A DNA stretch of 64,000 nt from an uncultured Actinomycetes bacterium (GTDB taxonomy: Bacteria; Actinomycetota; Thermoleophilia; UBA2241), in the NCBI GenBank assembly GCA_963767005.1, contig CAVYCN010000006.1, positions 96,001 to 160,000 of the forward strand, given 5' to 3'. Each line of letters begins with the position of its first letter. Position 1 is the stretch's first letter. The notes under the pieces are model-generated. The model was not told the origin of the DNA and ran no database searches. It saw nothing but the letters and a program-made list of their open reading frames with translations. Position numbers and translations under genes: made by a program. Positions 1 to 10,904 of this stretch are shown one piece after another.

Positions 1-51
1 TGCGGCTCCTGGAGCGCCGCCGCCGCGGCACCGGCCGCCGACACCAGCCCC

Positions 52-1146
52 GTGCGCCGACCCGTCGCCGTCCAGAAGACGAGGCGACCCGCTCAGCCGG
101 TCCGGCAGCCGGCCGTACGACCGAGGACCGTGAACGTCGCCTGGTCGGCACAGCCTGCGGCGGCCCGCAGAGCTCCGGTCGCGCTGCCGACCGCCGACCA
201 GGGCCGGCCGCCATGGGCCGCGGCCCGAGCCGCCGGCGAGCCGGCGCTACTCGCCCAGACCGCCGTCGCCGAGCCGGCGCCGGCCGCGCGGACGGTCGTC
301 GCCGAGCCGGCGGAGCCGGACACGCCGACCGACACGGCTCCGACGCGCTGGTCGGCCGTGCCGGTCGACACCCCGCCGCCCCCGTGGTCGGCCGATACCG
401 GCGCGGAGCCTGTGCACCGCCCAACCGTCATCCGGTCGGCCTGGACGGTCGGTCCGGGGTTGGCGCGCACCGCCCTGATCGGCCTCGTCTGCCTCGCCGC
501 CGTGATCGGCTGCGCGCGCGGTCTGACGATGGGCACGATGGTCCATCTGACGGTCGACGCCACACGACCCACGCTCAGCGAGTACCGGCAGCTCCGCGCG
601 GGGCTCAGCTACGAGCAGGTCGACGCGGTCTTCGGCGACAGGCTCGGGCTCGACGAGTCCTCAGCCGACGCCCAGGTGCGCCGCACGTTCGGGAATGGCG
701 CCCGGCTCGATCTGCGGTTCAGCGGGGGCGTCCTGCAGGGCTTCGCCGAGCACGGCCTGGGCGAAGGCCCCTCGCTGCGGGTGTTCAGGACGGCCGGCGC
801 CGGCGCGCTGCTGTTCTCGCTCGCCGGCGGCCTTGCCGGCGCCACCGCCTGGTGGCTCCTGCTCTACCTCGTGGCGTCGTGGCGCGGCTGCCGTCTGGCC
901 GCCGGCCGGCTCGCCGTCCTGGCCGCCGCCGGCCTCGCGGTCGGGCTCGTCGCGGCGCTGGCGCTGCCTGTGCTGCTGGGCTACGCGATCGCCTTTGCCG
1001 TGTTCCTCGGGCTGCTCGTCGGCTGGACCCGGCGCGATGTCGCCGAGGCGTTCATCATCGCGGCGGTCGCGGTCGCCGGCGGATCGCTCGCCGTGTGGCT
1101 GCCGACCCTGCTCGGCCTGCAGCTTTCGGCGCTGCTTGCTCGCTGA
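52..1146 (+). CDS. Hypothetical membrane protein (Pro/Ala-rich N-terminus, small BLIP/DUF3862-like domain, several TM helices); true start may lie upstream of the window
   Basis: TLSEYRQLRAGLSYEQVDAVFG resembles DUF3862/BLIP-like domains; hydrophobic C-terminal segments; frame is open back to the window edge. Confidence 0.55.
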   Translation: MRRPVAVQKTRRPAQPVRQPAVRPRTVNVAWSAQPAAARRAPVALPTADQGRPPWAAARAAGEPALLAQTAVAEPAPAARTVVAEPAEPDTPTDTAPTRWSAVPVDTPPPPWSADTGAEPVHRPTVIRSAWTVGPGLARTALIGLVCLAAVIGCARGLTMGTMVHLTVDATRPTLSEYRQLRAGLSYEQVDAVFGDRLGLDESSADAQVRRTFGNGARLDLRFSGGVLQGFAEHGLGEGPSLRVFRTAGAGALLFSLAGGLAGATAWWLLLYLVASWRGCRLAAGRLAVLAAAGLAVGLVAALALPVLLGYAIAFAVFLGLLVGWTRRDVAEAFIIAAVAVAGGSLAVWLPTLLGLQLSALLAR

Positions 1147-1188
1147 GCCTCTCCTGAGGGGCGCCTCCACCGGCGGTCTGGACCGACG

Positions 1189-2433
1189 CTAGCGCTCCGG
1201 CTCGGTCAGGTCGCGCCGGCCCTCGCGCAACAGCCACGCGATCCCTCCGCCGATGGCGACCGCCGCCAGCGCGACGGCGCCGAGCTGTACACCAAGCCCG
1301 CCGAGAGCCACGCCGGCGACGGCGAGCCCAGCCGTCTCGGCGATCGACTGGACCGCCGCATCCAGGGCGAAGACGCGACCGTGGGCCTCCTCGGCGGCCA
1401 GCCGCTGGGCGGTCGTCCAGGCGAGCACGCCGAAGACCATGCCGGCCACTCCCCAGAGGAACGCTCCCGCATACGCCGCCGCCACGTGGACGGTCCCGAC
1501 GAACAGGCAAGCGGCGAGACCGTAGGCGACCGCCGCCAGACCGAGGCTCGGGCGGCGCTCGAGCAGGCGTGCAAACCGGGGCATGGCGACGCCCGCGACG
1601 ATCGCGCCGACGCCGGCGGCCGCCTCGAAAAGGGCGAACTGCGACGGCGGCCGGTGAAGGACATGGCGGGCGTACAGCGGCTCGACCACGAGGAACGCGC
1701 CCGACGTGAACGACACGCCGGCCGCGACGAGGATCACGGCTCGCAGGCGAGTCTGCCCCCAGACGACCCGAAAACCCTGCGCGAGCTCCCCGAGCCAAGA
1801 AGCACGCTCCCCCGCCGGCGGACGCCTCGACGGCAGCGGGAACAGGACGCCGGCGCCGACCGCGAACGTCGCGGCATCGACCAGGAACGCCGCCCTGAAC
1901 CCTGAAAGCGCCAGGGCGGCGCTCGCCACGAGCGGACCAAGGACCTGGCCGACCTGGCCGGCCGCGCTGAGCAGGGCGTTGGCGGTCAGCAGGTCGTCCG
2001 GTTCGACGATCTGGGGCGGCAGGGCGGCGGCGGCGGGCGCGGCCAGCGCCCGGGCGCTGCCCGCCGCGAGCGCGAGGACGTCGAGCGCCGGCAGCGAGCC
2101 CGCCGTCGCGAGGCCCAGCGCCGAGGCAGCGCCGCCGAGGTAGGCGACCACGAGCGCCCGCCTGGCGCCGAGCCGATCGACGAGGACGCCGAGCGGCGGG
2201 CTGAGGACGGCGAGCGGCATTGACCAGCAGATGATGAGGAGCGAGATCTCACCGGGTCCGGCGCCGAAGCGATAGGCGGCAAAGCCCCAGAGCGCGATCG
2301 CCGAGGCCCAGCTCCCGACGCCGTTGACGGCCTCGCCGATCGTCAGCGCGAGGAACCGGGGGTCGCGCAGCGACGGGCGTACCGGAGGTCCCCCGGCGCT
2401 CGCCCGCGAGACGCTCTCGTCGCCGCGACGCAT
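1189..2433 (-). CDS. MFS transporter
   Basis: About 12 hydrophobic helices; motif A-like GVLVDRLGARR; start placed at ATG 2433 (MRRGDES). Confidence 0.85.
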   Translation of the reverse strand: MRRGDESVSRASAGGPPVRPSLRDPRFLALTIGEAVNGVGSWASAIALWGFAAYRFGAGPGEISLLIICWSMPLAVLSPPLGVLVDRLGARRALVVAYLGGAASALGLATAGSLPALDVLALAAGSARALAAPAAAALPPQIVEPDDLLTANALLSAAGQVGQVLGPLVASAALALSGFRAAFLVDAATFAVGAGVLFPLPSRRPPAGERASWLGELAQGFRVVWGQTRLRAVILVAAGVSFTSGAFLVVEPLYARHVLHRPPSQFALFEAAAGVGAIVAGVAMPRFARLLERRPSLGLAAVAYGLAACLFVGTVHVAAAYAGAFLWGVAGMVFGVLAWTTAQRLAAEEAHGRVFALDAAVQSIAETAGLAVAGVALGGLGVQLGAVALAAVAIGGGIAWLLREGRRDLTEPER

Positions 2434-2631
2434 CGACCCGCCCCCCGAGTCGCTCCCTGCGATCCTGCCGGGTCCTCGCTCCCCCTCCAGCGAAGTCCAA
2501 CCGGGCAGCAACCTAACGCAAGCGTGCGGCCCGGTCCAGACAGGACCCGGCCAGCGCCACCCGCGCTGCGGCTGGACCCGCCGCGCCACGCAGCGCGAAC
2601 GGGGCGTCAGGCGCGGCCTGCCGCCCCGGCG

Positions 2632-3297
2632 TCAGGCGCGGCGCTTGACCGCGGCGTCGGCGAGCACGTCGGCCGCCTCGTTCAGGCGCAGGCCGACGAC
2701 GTCGAGCCGGCGCAGCAGCTCGCGGATCTTGATGACCTTCATCGAGAGCTTGCGCTGAAAGAGCCGGGCGAGCTCCTCGTCGTAGAGCCGGCGGATCTCG
2801 TTGGCCGACTTCTTCGTGGCGAGCGCCGTCCGGCTGGTCAGCTTCTTCGGGTCGCTCGCGATGATGCGCACGGCCTTGCGCAGGTCCTCGAGGCCGGCGG
2901 CGGTGGCGTCGAGCAGCCCGGCGTACGGGTCCTTGGTCGCCACGTCGAAGAGGTCCCACTCACGCGCGAAGTCGCGCAGGTTGTCGAGCACGTCGTCGAT
3001 CGAGCGCGAGAGGCGAAAGAGGTCCTCACGGTCGATGGGGGCGACCAGCACGCCGGCGAGCTTGGCGACGAACTTGCCGCGCAGCAGGTCGCCGCGGTGC
3101 TCGATATCGGCCATGCGCTCCTGCGCCTCGGAGGGCGTCCGCTGACCCTCCGCTACCTCGCGGGCGAGCGTGCAGGCCGAGATCGTCTCGTTCAACTGCA
3201 GCTCGAGCGGCGCGATCAGGGTCTGCGACTCGTTCTGGGTCAAGACCTTCACGACGCGGCGGACCGTGCGGACCGGTCCCGCAGCACTATCACTCAA
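2632..3297 (-). CDS. DUF47 / PhoU-like phosphate transport regulator
   Basis: EHRGD...PIDREDLFRLSRSIDDVLD motif; TTG start after GGAGG overlaps the PiT stop (TTGA). Confidence 0.85.
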   Translation of the reverse strand: MSDSAAGPVRTVRRVVKVLTQNESQTLIAPLELQLNETISACTLAREVAEGQRTPSEAQERMADIEHRGDLLRGKFVAKLAGVLVAPIDREDLFRLSRSIDDVLDNLRDFAREWDLFDVATKDPYAGLLDATAAGLEDLRKAVRIIASDPKKLTSRTALATKKSANEIRRLYDEELARLFQRKLSMKVIKIRELLRRLDVVGLRLNEAADVLADAAVKRRA

Positions 3298-4262
3298 CGC
3301 ACTAACCTCCCCGCCGCGGCGAGCGCGGCTCCGAGACCGACCGACAGCGGCAGGGTGACGAGCCACGCCACCACGATCCGTGATACTTGATTCCACCTGA
3401 TGCCGAAAGGAGACGTCGCGACGCCGCTGCCCACGGCGGCGCCGGTCGCCGCCTGCGTGGTGGAGACCGGCACGCCCAGGGCCGATGTCGCCAGCACGAC
3501 GCACGACGAACCGATCGCGGTCGCGATGTAGTGCGGCGTGCGGATGTACATGACGCCTTCGCCCACCCCGGCCGCCATCGTGCGTACGGTCAGCAGGATG
3601 CCGGCGCCGAACAGGCCGGCGATGGCGAGCTGGCCCGGCACGGTGGCGGCCACCGGGTCGAGCCGCGCGGAGGTGCCGATCGCGATGATCGCCACCATCT
3701 TCTGGGCGTCGTTGGCCGCATAGGCCAGACACTGCAGCAGGTAGCCGACGTACTGCGCGCCGTTGATGAAGCGGCGGGCGATCAGGCGCCCGAGCGGACC
3801 GCTCAGGATGCGATAGACGAGCCAGCCCGCCGGCACGCTGAGCAGCGGCGCGGCGATGCCGATAGCGATCACCTTGAAGATCACCGACCACTGGACGGGC
3901 AGCCCCGCTCCCAGGCCGGCGCCGACGATACCGCCGGTGAGCGCCAGGGTCAGGCTGGTCGGCGTGCCCCGCCTGGTGAGGCCAAAGACGACGACGAGCG
4001 CGGTGACCACGGCCGCCAGCAGGGCGATCCTGCCGTTCTCACCCTGGAACGAGACGAGCCGGTGGGCCAGGGTGGTCGCGACCGCGGTGCCCACCAGCAG
4101 CGGACCGACGGCCACGAGGGCCATGAGGCACGCGACGGCGACGGCCGGGGTGATGCGGCGCGTGCGGGTCCCCATGACTGTCAGGGTCGCTCCGTCGTTG
4201 GCGCCGCTCACCAGCGCAAACCCGGCGGCCGATGCGAGAAGGAGCGCTCCGCTGACTGTCAT
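3294..4262 (-). CDS. Inorganic phosphate transporter, PiT family
   Basis: GANDGA and AANDAQK signatures, PTSLT and PVSTT motifs; coupled to DUF47 gene. Confidence 0.9.
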   Translation of the reverse strand: MTVSGALLLASAAGFALVSGANDGATLTVMGTRTRRITPAVAVACLMALVAVGPLLVGTAVATTLAHRLVSFQGENGRIALLAAVVTALVVVFGLTRRGTPTSLTLALTGGIVGAGLGAGLPVQWSVIFKVIAIGIAAPLLSVPAGWLVYRILSGPLGRLIARRFINGAQYVGYLLQCLAYAANDAQKMVAIIAIGTSARLDPVAATVPGQLAIAGLFGAGILLTVRTMAAGVGEGVMYIRTPHYIATAIGSSCVVLATSALGVPVSTTQAATGAAVGSGVATSPFGIRWNQVSRIVVAWLVTLPLSVGLGAALAAAGRLVR

Positions 4263-4485
4263 AGGCGATGCTGCAAACAGACCTCCGAGTTGGCCGCGCC
4301 AAGGGGGAAGTGCTACCGGATACCCTTCGAGACGACCGACGGCGCACGATCAGCGCGAGCCGGTGTCGCAACAGGCACTCAGTATACGCCATGCGGCCCG
4401 GTCGTCTGACGTCTCGCCGATGACCGGCGGTCGCCCCGCCCGGGTCGTCAGCGGTCGCTGTGTCGGTCGGGCAGGCCTCGAGCCG

Positions 4486-5721
4486 TTACACAGCGGACAG
4501 ATCGAGCGCGAACAGCCGCGTCACCCAGAGCAAGCCGACGAACGAGCAGGCGATCAGGGTCCAGGCCAGCACCGGCCGGCGTCGCGTGAGCAGGCCGAGC
4601 ACCATGAAGAGCGGAAAGACGACGCCGACGAGGCGCGGAAACGAGTACAGGGCACGCTGATCCGAGGGAAACAGCAGCGGAACCAGGACGCTCCCTACAG
4701 TGAAGACCGTGTACGCCGGCGGCAGGCGCCGCCAGCCGGCCGCGATCAGTACGACGACCAGGACGAGCACCGCGAAGCCCAGCAGCGTGAGCAGGGGGTC
4801 GGGCACGCCGTTGACCGGCGCCAGCAGGCGCCCGAGTCCGGCGCTATGGACGTACAGCAGGCGCAGCGCCCCGAGCGCGGCGTGGAACCCGCGCCACGGA
4901 TCGCGCCAGGGCCAGGCGAGCGCCCGACCCCAGTACGCGTGCTCGGCTGCGCCGAAGGCCAGGGGGTCGCCGCGGCGCCACCACAGGTAAGCCATGAAGG
5001 CGACCAGGCCGGCCGGCACGAGCAGCAGCCAAGCGAGCCTGAGGTCGCGGCGGCGCAGCGCGACGCTGTGAAGCGACCAGCCGCGCTGCTGCCCGTAGAG
5101 CACGAGCAGCGCCGGCAGCAGCACGAGGCCGCTGCTGCGCGTCGCGACGGCGAGCATACCGGCCAGACCGGCGAGCGCCCAGCTTCCGCGGCGAGCGAAG
5201 GCAAAGGCGGCGAGGCAAAGCAGCAGGAACAGCGACTCGCTGTAGACGAGGCCGAACGACACGGCGGTCGGAAACACGGAGATGAAGGCCACGGCCAGTG
5301 CCGCGGCGCGAGTGCCGAGCTCGGCCGCCGTGAGCCGGTACAGCAGGACCATGGCGGCCGCAAAGCAGGCCAGCGACAGGAGCACACCGGCCACCAGGTA
5401 GTCGCCGCCGGTGAGCAGCGTGGCGGCGCGCAGCGCCAGCGGATACGCCGGGAAGAACGAGGGGCTGTCCGGCCGCCGGTAGCCGCCCTGGGCGATGGCG
5501 ATGAACCAGCCGCCGTCCTTGAAGGCCCACTCCCGTGTCAACCGCTGCACGACGCTCGCGTGGGCCGAGAGACCCGGAGCCCGGGCTGAGCCGGCGACGG
5601 CGTAGCCGACCGCGAACACCGCGAGGCGGCTCACGATCGCCACCGCAAGGGCCATGAGAGCGTCGACCGACAGCGCCGGCGCGCGACGCCGCACGGCGTC
5701 GGCCCGTCCGGTCGCCGTCAC
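4486..5721 (-). CDS. GT-C mannosyltransferase-family (PIG-V-like) membrane protein
   Basis: DGGWFIAIAQGGY, FFPAYP, YSESLFL and ATRSSG motifs; multi-TM; GTG start approximate. Confidence 0.8.
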   Translation of the reverse strand: MTATGRADAVRRRAPALSVDALMALAVAIVSRLAVFAVGYAVAGSARAPGLSAHASVVQRLTREWAFKDGGWFIAIAQGGYRRPDSPSFFPAYPLALRAATLLTGGDYLVAGVLLSLACFAAAMVLLYRLTAAELGTRAAALAVAFISVFPTAVSFGLVYSESLFLLLCLAAFAFARRGSWALAGLAGMLAVATRSSGLVLLPALLVLYGQQRGWSLHSVALRRRDLRLAWLLLVPAGLVAFMAYLWWRRGDPLAFGAAEHAYWGRALAWPWRDPWRGFHAALGALRLLYVHSAGLGRLLAPVNGVPDPLLTLLGFAVLVLVVVLIAAGWRRLPPAYTVFTVGSVLVPLLFPSDQRALYSFPRLVGVVFPLFMVLGLLTRRRPVLAWTLIACSFVGLLWVTRLFALDLSAV

Positions 5722-5979
5722 GGGCAGCACCGCGCCCCCCGGCCGGCCCCTTCGACTCGATCGGTCGGGCCTGCACCGGAGCGAATCCCGGAGCTCGCGC
5801 CCGTCCGTGCTGTGCCAAGCGGCATCACAACCTGACCCCCATCGGGCATCCGCCGGCGGCCGACATGCGCAGAGAGCCGCGCGACCCCGCCAGAGTCGCC
5901 CCGGGGTGGTTCGCAACCTGGGGCCGCCTGGCCAAGGGTGTGCGCGACGCGCCTTACGAGCGCGCCGACGGCGGCCGAG

Positions 5980-7422
5980 CTACCCCACCCGCACTCGTAC
6001 GGCGCGGCTGTCGACCACGCCGAGCCAGCAGACGCGGTAATACGTGGTCGCCTTAGGGCGAAGACCGGCGACGAGCCACTGGCCGAGCGAGCTTGTGCGC
6101 AACGGCTTGACGTTGCTCCAGCCCTTGCCGACGAGGTGTTGCTGCAGCTCGAGCAGCACGTTGACGGTGGGGACGACACACGTGAGCGTGCCGCTGAGGC
6201 TGACGCGCGCGCCGCTCCTGACGGAGCTGGGCGCCGTGATCGTCAGCCTGTTGTGCCCGGCGAAGGCGTACCAGGCGCGCTTGGGCGCGCCGCCCGCCGT
6301 CTCGAGGCCGGTGTAGAAGCCGAGGTCGGGCGAGCCCGCCGGCCCGGGCACGTCCTTGACGAGATACCAGAGGAGCAGCTTCACCTGAGGGTACTTCCTG
6401 GCCACGAACGCGTAGGCGCGCTCGAGGTAGTCGGCCTGGGTGATCTGACTCACGTACTGGTTGCTGAAGGCTCGACAGGGGGCGGTCTGGTAGCCGTATT
6501 CGGTCAGCCAGAACTGCTTGTGGGGGAAGATCTTGAGCAGGCTCGAGAGGTTGCCGAGGGTGACGGTGATGTCGGGGAAGCTCGGCTGGCTCTCGGGAGC
6601 CAGGTTGCGGTTTCCGCCGGGCGAGTACGGGTGGTGCGAGTAGACCTTGAACAGGCTGCCCGCGCCGTGCTGCGCCAGCCACTTGGCAAAGGCCTGAGGC
6701 GGCGTGTTGGAGCCTTCGGCGGTCGGCGCGGTGGCGCCGGCCACGATGGTCGCCTTCGGGTCGGCCGCCTTTATGGCCGAGTGGAAGGCGGTCAATATGC
6801 TGAGGTAGTGCTCCTCGGCGAAGTGCGAGTCGCCGCTCACGCGCTGCGGGTAGAGGTAGAGCGTGAGGTTGGGCTCGTTCCAGCACTCATACGCCGCCAC
6901 CTGGCCGGCGAACTGCGTCGCGAACTGCTGGCAGAACGCCCCGAAGTAGGCGAGGTCGGCGTTCTTCATCACCACATACGGTTGGTAGACGTTGTCGGGC
7001 CAGTACCGCGAGTCCGAGGCCCACTGCGGCACCTGGTAGAAGGTGACCATCACCTTGAGCCCATCGGCGTCCGCGTCCTGGATGGCTGCAGCGGCGTTCT
7101 GCATGTAGGGCGAGTTCGGGTCGAAGGCGGCTGGGTCGGTTTCAGTCGGCTGTGTCGCAGGGGCGGCCAGCGCCCACGACACGAAGATGCGGACGTAGCT
7201 CGCGCCGAGCTGTTTGATCTCGTCGACCGTGGCCTGCTGCGCCGTTGGGTCGGCGGGCAGGTCGGTGAGGGTCGGTTCCGCGATGCCGCGGGCGACTGCG
7301 GCCCTCGCGGCAGCCGGCGCGACAGCTCCGGCAGCGAGCACGCCGGCCAGGACGAGGAGGGCGACGAGGATGCCGGCGAGTGCCGGGATGGACCGTATCG
7401 GGACGTGCCCTGCGCACTTCAT
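5980..7422 (-). CDS. Secreted glycoside hydrolase, clan GH-A (GH5/GH39-like), with C-terminal beta-rich domain
   Basis: Signal peptide; YECWNEPN (acid/base) and WLTEYG (nucleophile) motifs; TATGTT 7 nt before ATG 7422. Confidence 0.8.
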   Translation of the reverse strand: MKCAGHVPIRSIPALAGILVALLVLAGVLAAGAVAPAAARAAVARGIAEPTLTDLPADPTAQQATVDEIKQLGASYVRIFVSWALAAPATQPTETDPAAFDPNSPYMQNAAAAIQDADADGLKVMVTFYQVPQWASDSRYWPDNVYQPYVVMKNADLAYFGAFCQQFATQFAGQVAAYECWNEPNLTLYLYPQRVSGDSHFAEEHYLSILTAFHSAIKAADPKATIVAGATAPTAEGSNTPPQAFAKWLAQHGAGSLFKVYSHHPYSPGGNRNLAPESQPSFPDITVTLGNLSSLLKIFPHKQFWLTEYGYQTAPCRAFSNQYVSQITQADYLERAYAFVARKYPQVKLLLWYLVKDVPGPAGSPDLGFYTGLETAGGAPKRAWYAFAGHNRLTITAPSSVRSGARVSLSGTLTCVVPTVNVLLELQQHLVGKGWSNVKPLRTSSLGQWLVAGLRPKATTYYRVCWLGVVDSRAVRVRVG

Positions 7423-7469
7423 GGCTTTGAACATACCGGCGGGTCCGGCGAGGGTCAAGCGGCCGCGAC

Positions 7470-8255
7470 CTACCGCTCGATAAGGACGGGGCTGCCGGTC
7501 GGCACCCAGCGGCTCACCCTGAGCACATCGGCGTTGTGCATGCGGATGCAGCCCTCGCTCACTGCCTGGCCGATCAGGGCGTCATCGTTCGTGCCGTGGA
7601 TGGCGAGCGCGCCGCTACCCGGCAGTCGTGGCTGGTAGCCGCTCAGGCCGAGGGCGAGCACGCCGAACGGGCTGCCCGGCATGGGCGTCGTCTTCTCGGC
7701 CACGAAGAAGAGGCCGGTCGGCGTCGGGTACGCCGAGGAGCCGATGGCCACCGCGAACCGGCCCACGGCGCGACCGCTGCGATACACGGTCAGCCGGCGC
7801 GAGGAGAGGCTCACGACGATCCTGGCCGGCGTCGTGTAGGTCGCGATGCTGCTCGCCTGCACCCAGCCGGTACTGAAGTCGGGGCTTTGCGGCAGCCACA
7901 CGTCGTACCAGGTCGCGTCGCCGATGCGCCTGGTGCTGCGCACGAGCATGACGGTGACGCAGCGGTGGGCGTTCACGCGCGGCAGCGTGGCGCGCACCGG
8001 CGCCGACGAGCTCGGCCGCTCGTAGGCGACCGTCGTCGCCCTCGCCTCGGCCACGAGCCAGAGTGTCCGACGCCCGTGCACGGGCGTCGACCCCACGCCG
8101 GGAGACGGGCTGGGTGAGCCTGCGGCGGCCGCGGGCGCGAGCGCGCCGGCCGCGCCGTGGCGCACATGGACGACGAGAAAGCCGGCGAGAGCGATCAGGA
8201 CGAGCGCTCCCAGGGCGGCGATGACCCTCGTGCTGCGACCTCTCTGCGGTGACAC
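7470..8255 (-). CDS. L,D-transpeptidase (YkuD family)
   Basis: PTPTG and AIHGT...SEGCIRM catalytic motif; N-terminal TM anchor. Confidence 0.9.
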   Translation of the reverse strand: MSPQRGRSTRVIAALGALVLIALAGFLVVHVRHGAAGALAPAAAAGSPSPSPGVGSTPVHGRRTLWLVAEARATTVAYERPSSSAPVRATLPRVNAHRCVTVMLVRSTRRIGDATWYDVWLPQSPDFSTGWVQASSIATYTTPARIVVSLSSRRLTVYRSGRAVGRFAVAIGSSAYPTPTGLFFVAEKTTPMPGSPFGVLALGLSGYQPRLPGSGALAIHGTNDDALIGQAVSEGCIRMHNADVLRVSRWVPTGSPVLIER

Positions 8256-8397
8256 AGGCGCTCCGGTAGGTGGCGGGGACTCGCATCCGCAGGATAGAGG
8301 ACCCGGCGCTGCCTGTACACCGAGGGTACCGCCGGCCCCTTGCGGCGCGAGCCGCGCTCGATAGAATCAGGCGAGTGATGCGCGACGGAGGGGTGGT

Positions 8398-9897
8398 TTG
8401 GGGCATGAGGTGCTCCGCGTAGTGGGATCAGGCTTCGCCGTTCACGACGTCGTGCTCGATCGCGACGTCCGCGCGCCGGAGATGCTCTCGACGTCGACCG
8501 TACCGCACGGCTACATGGTCCGTCGCTTCGTGTCCATCTGCATCCTCGCCGCCATCGACGTCGGCTCGCTGTGCGTGGCGGTCGCGCTCGCCGCGCGCAT
8601 CCTGTCCTATCTGCACGGATCCGTGCGCGTGTTCCTGCCCTGGCACTTCGTCGTGCTCGTGCTCGCGCTGCTCGCGGTGTTCGCCGTCAACCAGCTCTAC
8701 GGTTTGCGAGCCCGGCGGCACAGCCGCACGCGCCGTCTGCGCGCGGCCGCGTGGGTGCTGGTCGTGGCCCTCGTGCTGAACGGCCTAGCCAACATCTGGG
8801 TGCCGTTCGACGTGATCGTCGCTTGGCTCATGGCGATGAGCCTGTCGACCGCGGGCCGCGAGCTCTACGACTTCACCCTCGGCGTCGTGTTCGGGGTCGA
8901 CCTCGAGGCCAAGCGCACGATCCTGCTCGGCTCCGACGACGCCCTGCGTGCCTTCGCCGACCTGCGCCGTCGGGCGCCGCGCCTGCAGGTCGACGTGATC
9001 GGCATGGTGGGCGAGCGGTTGCCGGATCCGGCCTTGCAAAGCCAGGCGGGCCTGCCCTCGCTCGGGCTGCTGTCCGACCTCGAGCTGATCGTGCAACGCA
9101 CGCGCCCCGACGAGCTGCTCGTGGTCGATCGCGAGATCGAGGTGCGCCACCTGGTCGAGCTTGCCGACCTGTGCCGGCGACACACCCTCACGCTCAAGCT
9201 GACCGACCTCGAGATGCGCTTTCGTGAGTCGGGCGTGTGCCTCGTTCCAGGCCTCGAAGAGCCCCTGTTCGTGTCGGCGCCGTCGCGGCACAGCGGCGCC
9301 GGCTGGCTGCTCAAACGCAGCTTCGACGTCGTGGCGGCGGGCGTCCTGCTCGTGCTTCTGTCGCCGCTGTTCGGGCTGGTGGCCCTGGCCATCAAGCTCA
9401 CCTCGCCGGGACCGGTTTTCTACGTCGCGCCGCGGGTCGGCCTGGGACAGCGCCCGTTCCGCTGCTACAAGTTCCGCACGATGGCCGACGACGCCGATCG
9501 GCGGCAGGCGGGGCTCGAGGCCCGCAACGAAGCCGACGGCGCGATCTTCAAGATGAAGGACGATCCTCGCGTGACCCGGGTCGGCAGCACCCTGCGGAAG
9601 CTCAGCGTCGATGAGCTGCCCCAGCTCATCAACGTGCTCCGCGGCGAGATGAGCCTGGTCGGGCCGCGTCCCCTGCCTCTTCGCGACAACGAGCTCCTCG
9701 CCGCCTGGCACAAGCAACGCCACGTGGTGTTGCCCGGCATGACCGGGCTCTGGCAAGTGCGCGGCCGCAGCCAGACTTCGTTCGCCGACATGATCAGGCT
9801 CGATTTCGACTACATCGAGTCATGGTCCGTCTGGCTCGATCTCGTCGTCCTCACGCGCACGTTTGGCGTGGTCGCACACTCTCGCGGCGCGTACTAA
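8398..9897 (+). CDS. Priming polyprenyl-phosphate sugar-1-phosphate transferase (WcaJ/WbaP/CpsE type)
   Basis: [37 protein letters not shown] and PGMTGLWQV motifs. Confidence 0.93.
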   Translation: MGHEVLRVVGSGFAVHDVVLDRDVRAPEMLSTSTVPHGYMVRRFVSICILAAIDVGSLCVAVALAARILSYLHGSVRVFLPWHFVVLVLALLAVFAVNQLYGLRARRHSRTRRLRAAAWVLVVALVLNGLANIWVPFDVIVAWLMAMSLSTAGRELYDFTLGVVFGVDLEAKRTILLGSDDALRAFADLRRRAPRLQVDVIGMVGERLPDPALQSQAGLPSLGLLSDLELIVQRTRPDELLVVDREIEVRHLVELADLCRRHTLTLKLTDLEMRFRESGVCLVPGLEEPLFVSAPSRHSGAGWLLKRSFDVVAAGVLLVLLSPLFGLVALAIKLTSPGPVFYVAPRVGLGQRPFRCYKFRTMADDADRRQAGLEARNEADGAIFKMKDDPRVTRVGSTLRKLSVDELPQLINVLRGEMSLVGPRPLPLRDNELLAAWHKQRHVVLPGMTGLWQVRGRSQTSFADMIRLDFDYIESWSVWLDLVVLTRTFGVVAHSRGAY

Positions 9898-9953
9898 AAT
9901 CATCACGCCCGGCCGCTTCCGGCCGGGAGATTACCCGGTCGAAGGGAGTCACT

Positions 9954-10904
9954 GTGCCTACATCCGTCGTGACCGGAGGCGCCGGCTTCGTGGGTTCACA
10001 CCTGTGCGAGCGTCTGCTCGCACAGGGCCACCGCGTGGTGTGTCTCGACAACCTCGACACGGGGTCGCTCCAGAACATCGAGCACCTCCGCGACGCGGCC
10101 TTCGAGTTCCAGAACGTCGACTGTACCGAGTTCATCGACGTGCGGGGGAGCGTCGACTTCGTCTACCATCTGGCGAGCCCCGCCAGCCCCATCGACTATC
10201 TCAGACTCCCGCTCAAGACGCTCAAGGTCGGCTCGTACGGCACGCACAACGCGCTCGGTCTCGCCAAGTTCAAGCGCGCGCGGTTCCTCCTGGCCTCGAC
10301 GTCCGAGGTCTACGGCGATCCCCTGGTCCACCCGCAACCGGAGAGCTACTGGGGCAACGTCAACCCGATCGGCCCGAGGGGCGTCTACGACGAGTCCAAG
10401 CGCTACTCCGAAGCGATGACCATGGCCTACCATCGGCAGCAGGGCGTCGATACGGTGATCGCGCGCATCTTCAACACCTACGGCCCGCGGATGCGGCCCA
10501 ACGACGGGCGGGTCGTGCCGACCTTCGTGCGTCAGGCCATCGCGGACAAGCCCCTGACGGTCTTCGGCGATGGCACGCAGACCCGGAGCTTCTGCTACGT
10601 CACAGACCTGGTCGAGGGCCTCTGTCGGCTAGCCGAAAGCGACGAGCATCTGCCGGTCAATCTCGGCAACCCGACGGAGAGGACCGTGCTTGACCTCGTC
10701 GACACGATCATCGCGGTCACCGGGAGCCGGAGCGAGCCGGTGTTCGCCGCCCTCCCGGTCGACGACCCGAAGGTCAGGCGGCCCGACATCTCGAGGGCGC
10801 GCAGTCTGCTCGGCTGGGAGCCTACCGTCTCTCTCGAGGACGGCCTCGCCAAGCTGGTCGCCTTCGAACGTGGCCATCATTCGCACACTCAGACCGCACT
10901 CTGA
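9954..10904 (+). CDS. UDP-glucuronate decarboxylase (UDP-xylose synthase) family
   Basis: [38 protein letters not shown] and YDESKR; GTG 9954 after GGGAG. Confidence 0.9.
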   Translation: MPTSVVTGGAGFVGSHLCERLLAQGHRVVCLDNLDTGSLQNIEHLRDAAFEFQNVDCTEFIDVRGSVDFVYHLASPASPIDYLRLPLKTLKVGSYGTHNALGLAKFKRARFLLASTSEVYGDPLVHPQPESYWGNVNPIGPRGVYDESKRYSEAMTMAYHRQQGVDTVIARIFNTYGPRMRPNDGRVVPTFVRQAIADKPLTVFGDGTQTRSFCYVTDLVEGLCRLAESDEHLPVNLGNPTERTVLDLVDTIIAVTGSRSEPVFAALPVDDPKVRRPDISRARSLLGWEPTVSLEDGLAKLVAFERGHHSHTQTAL

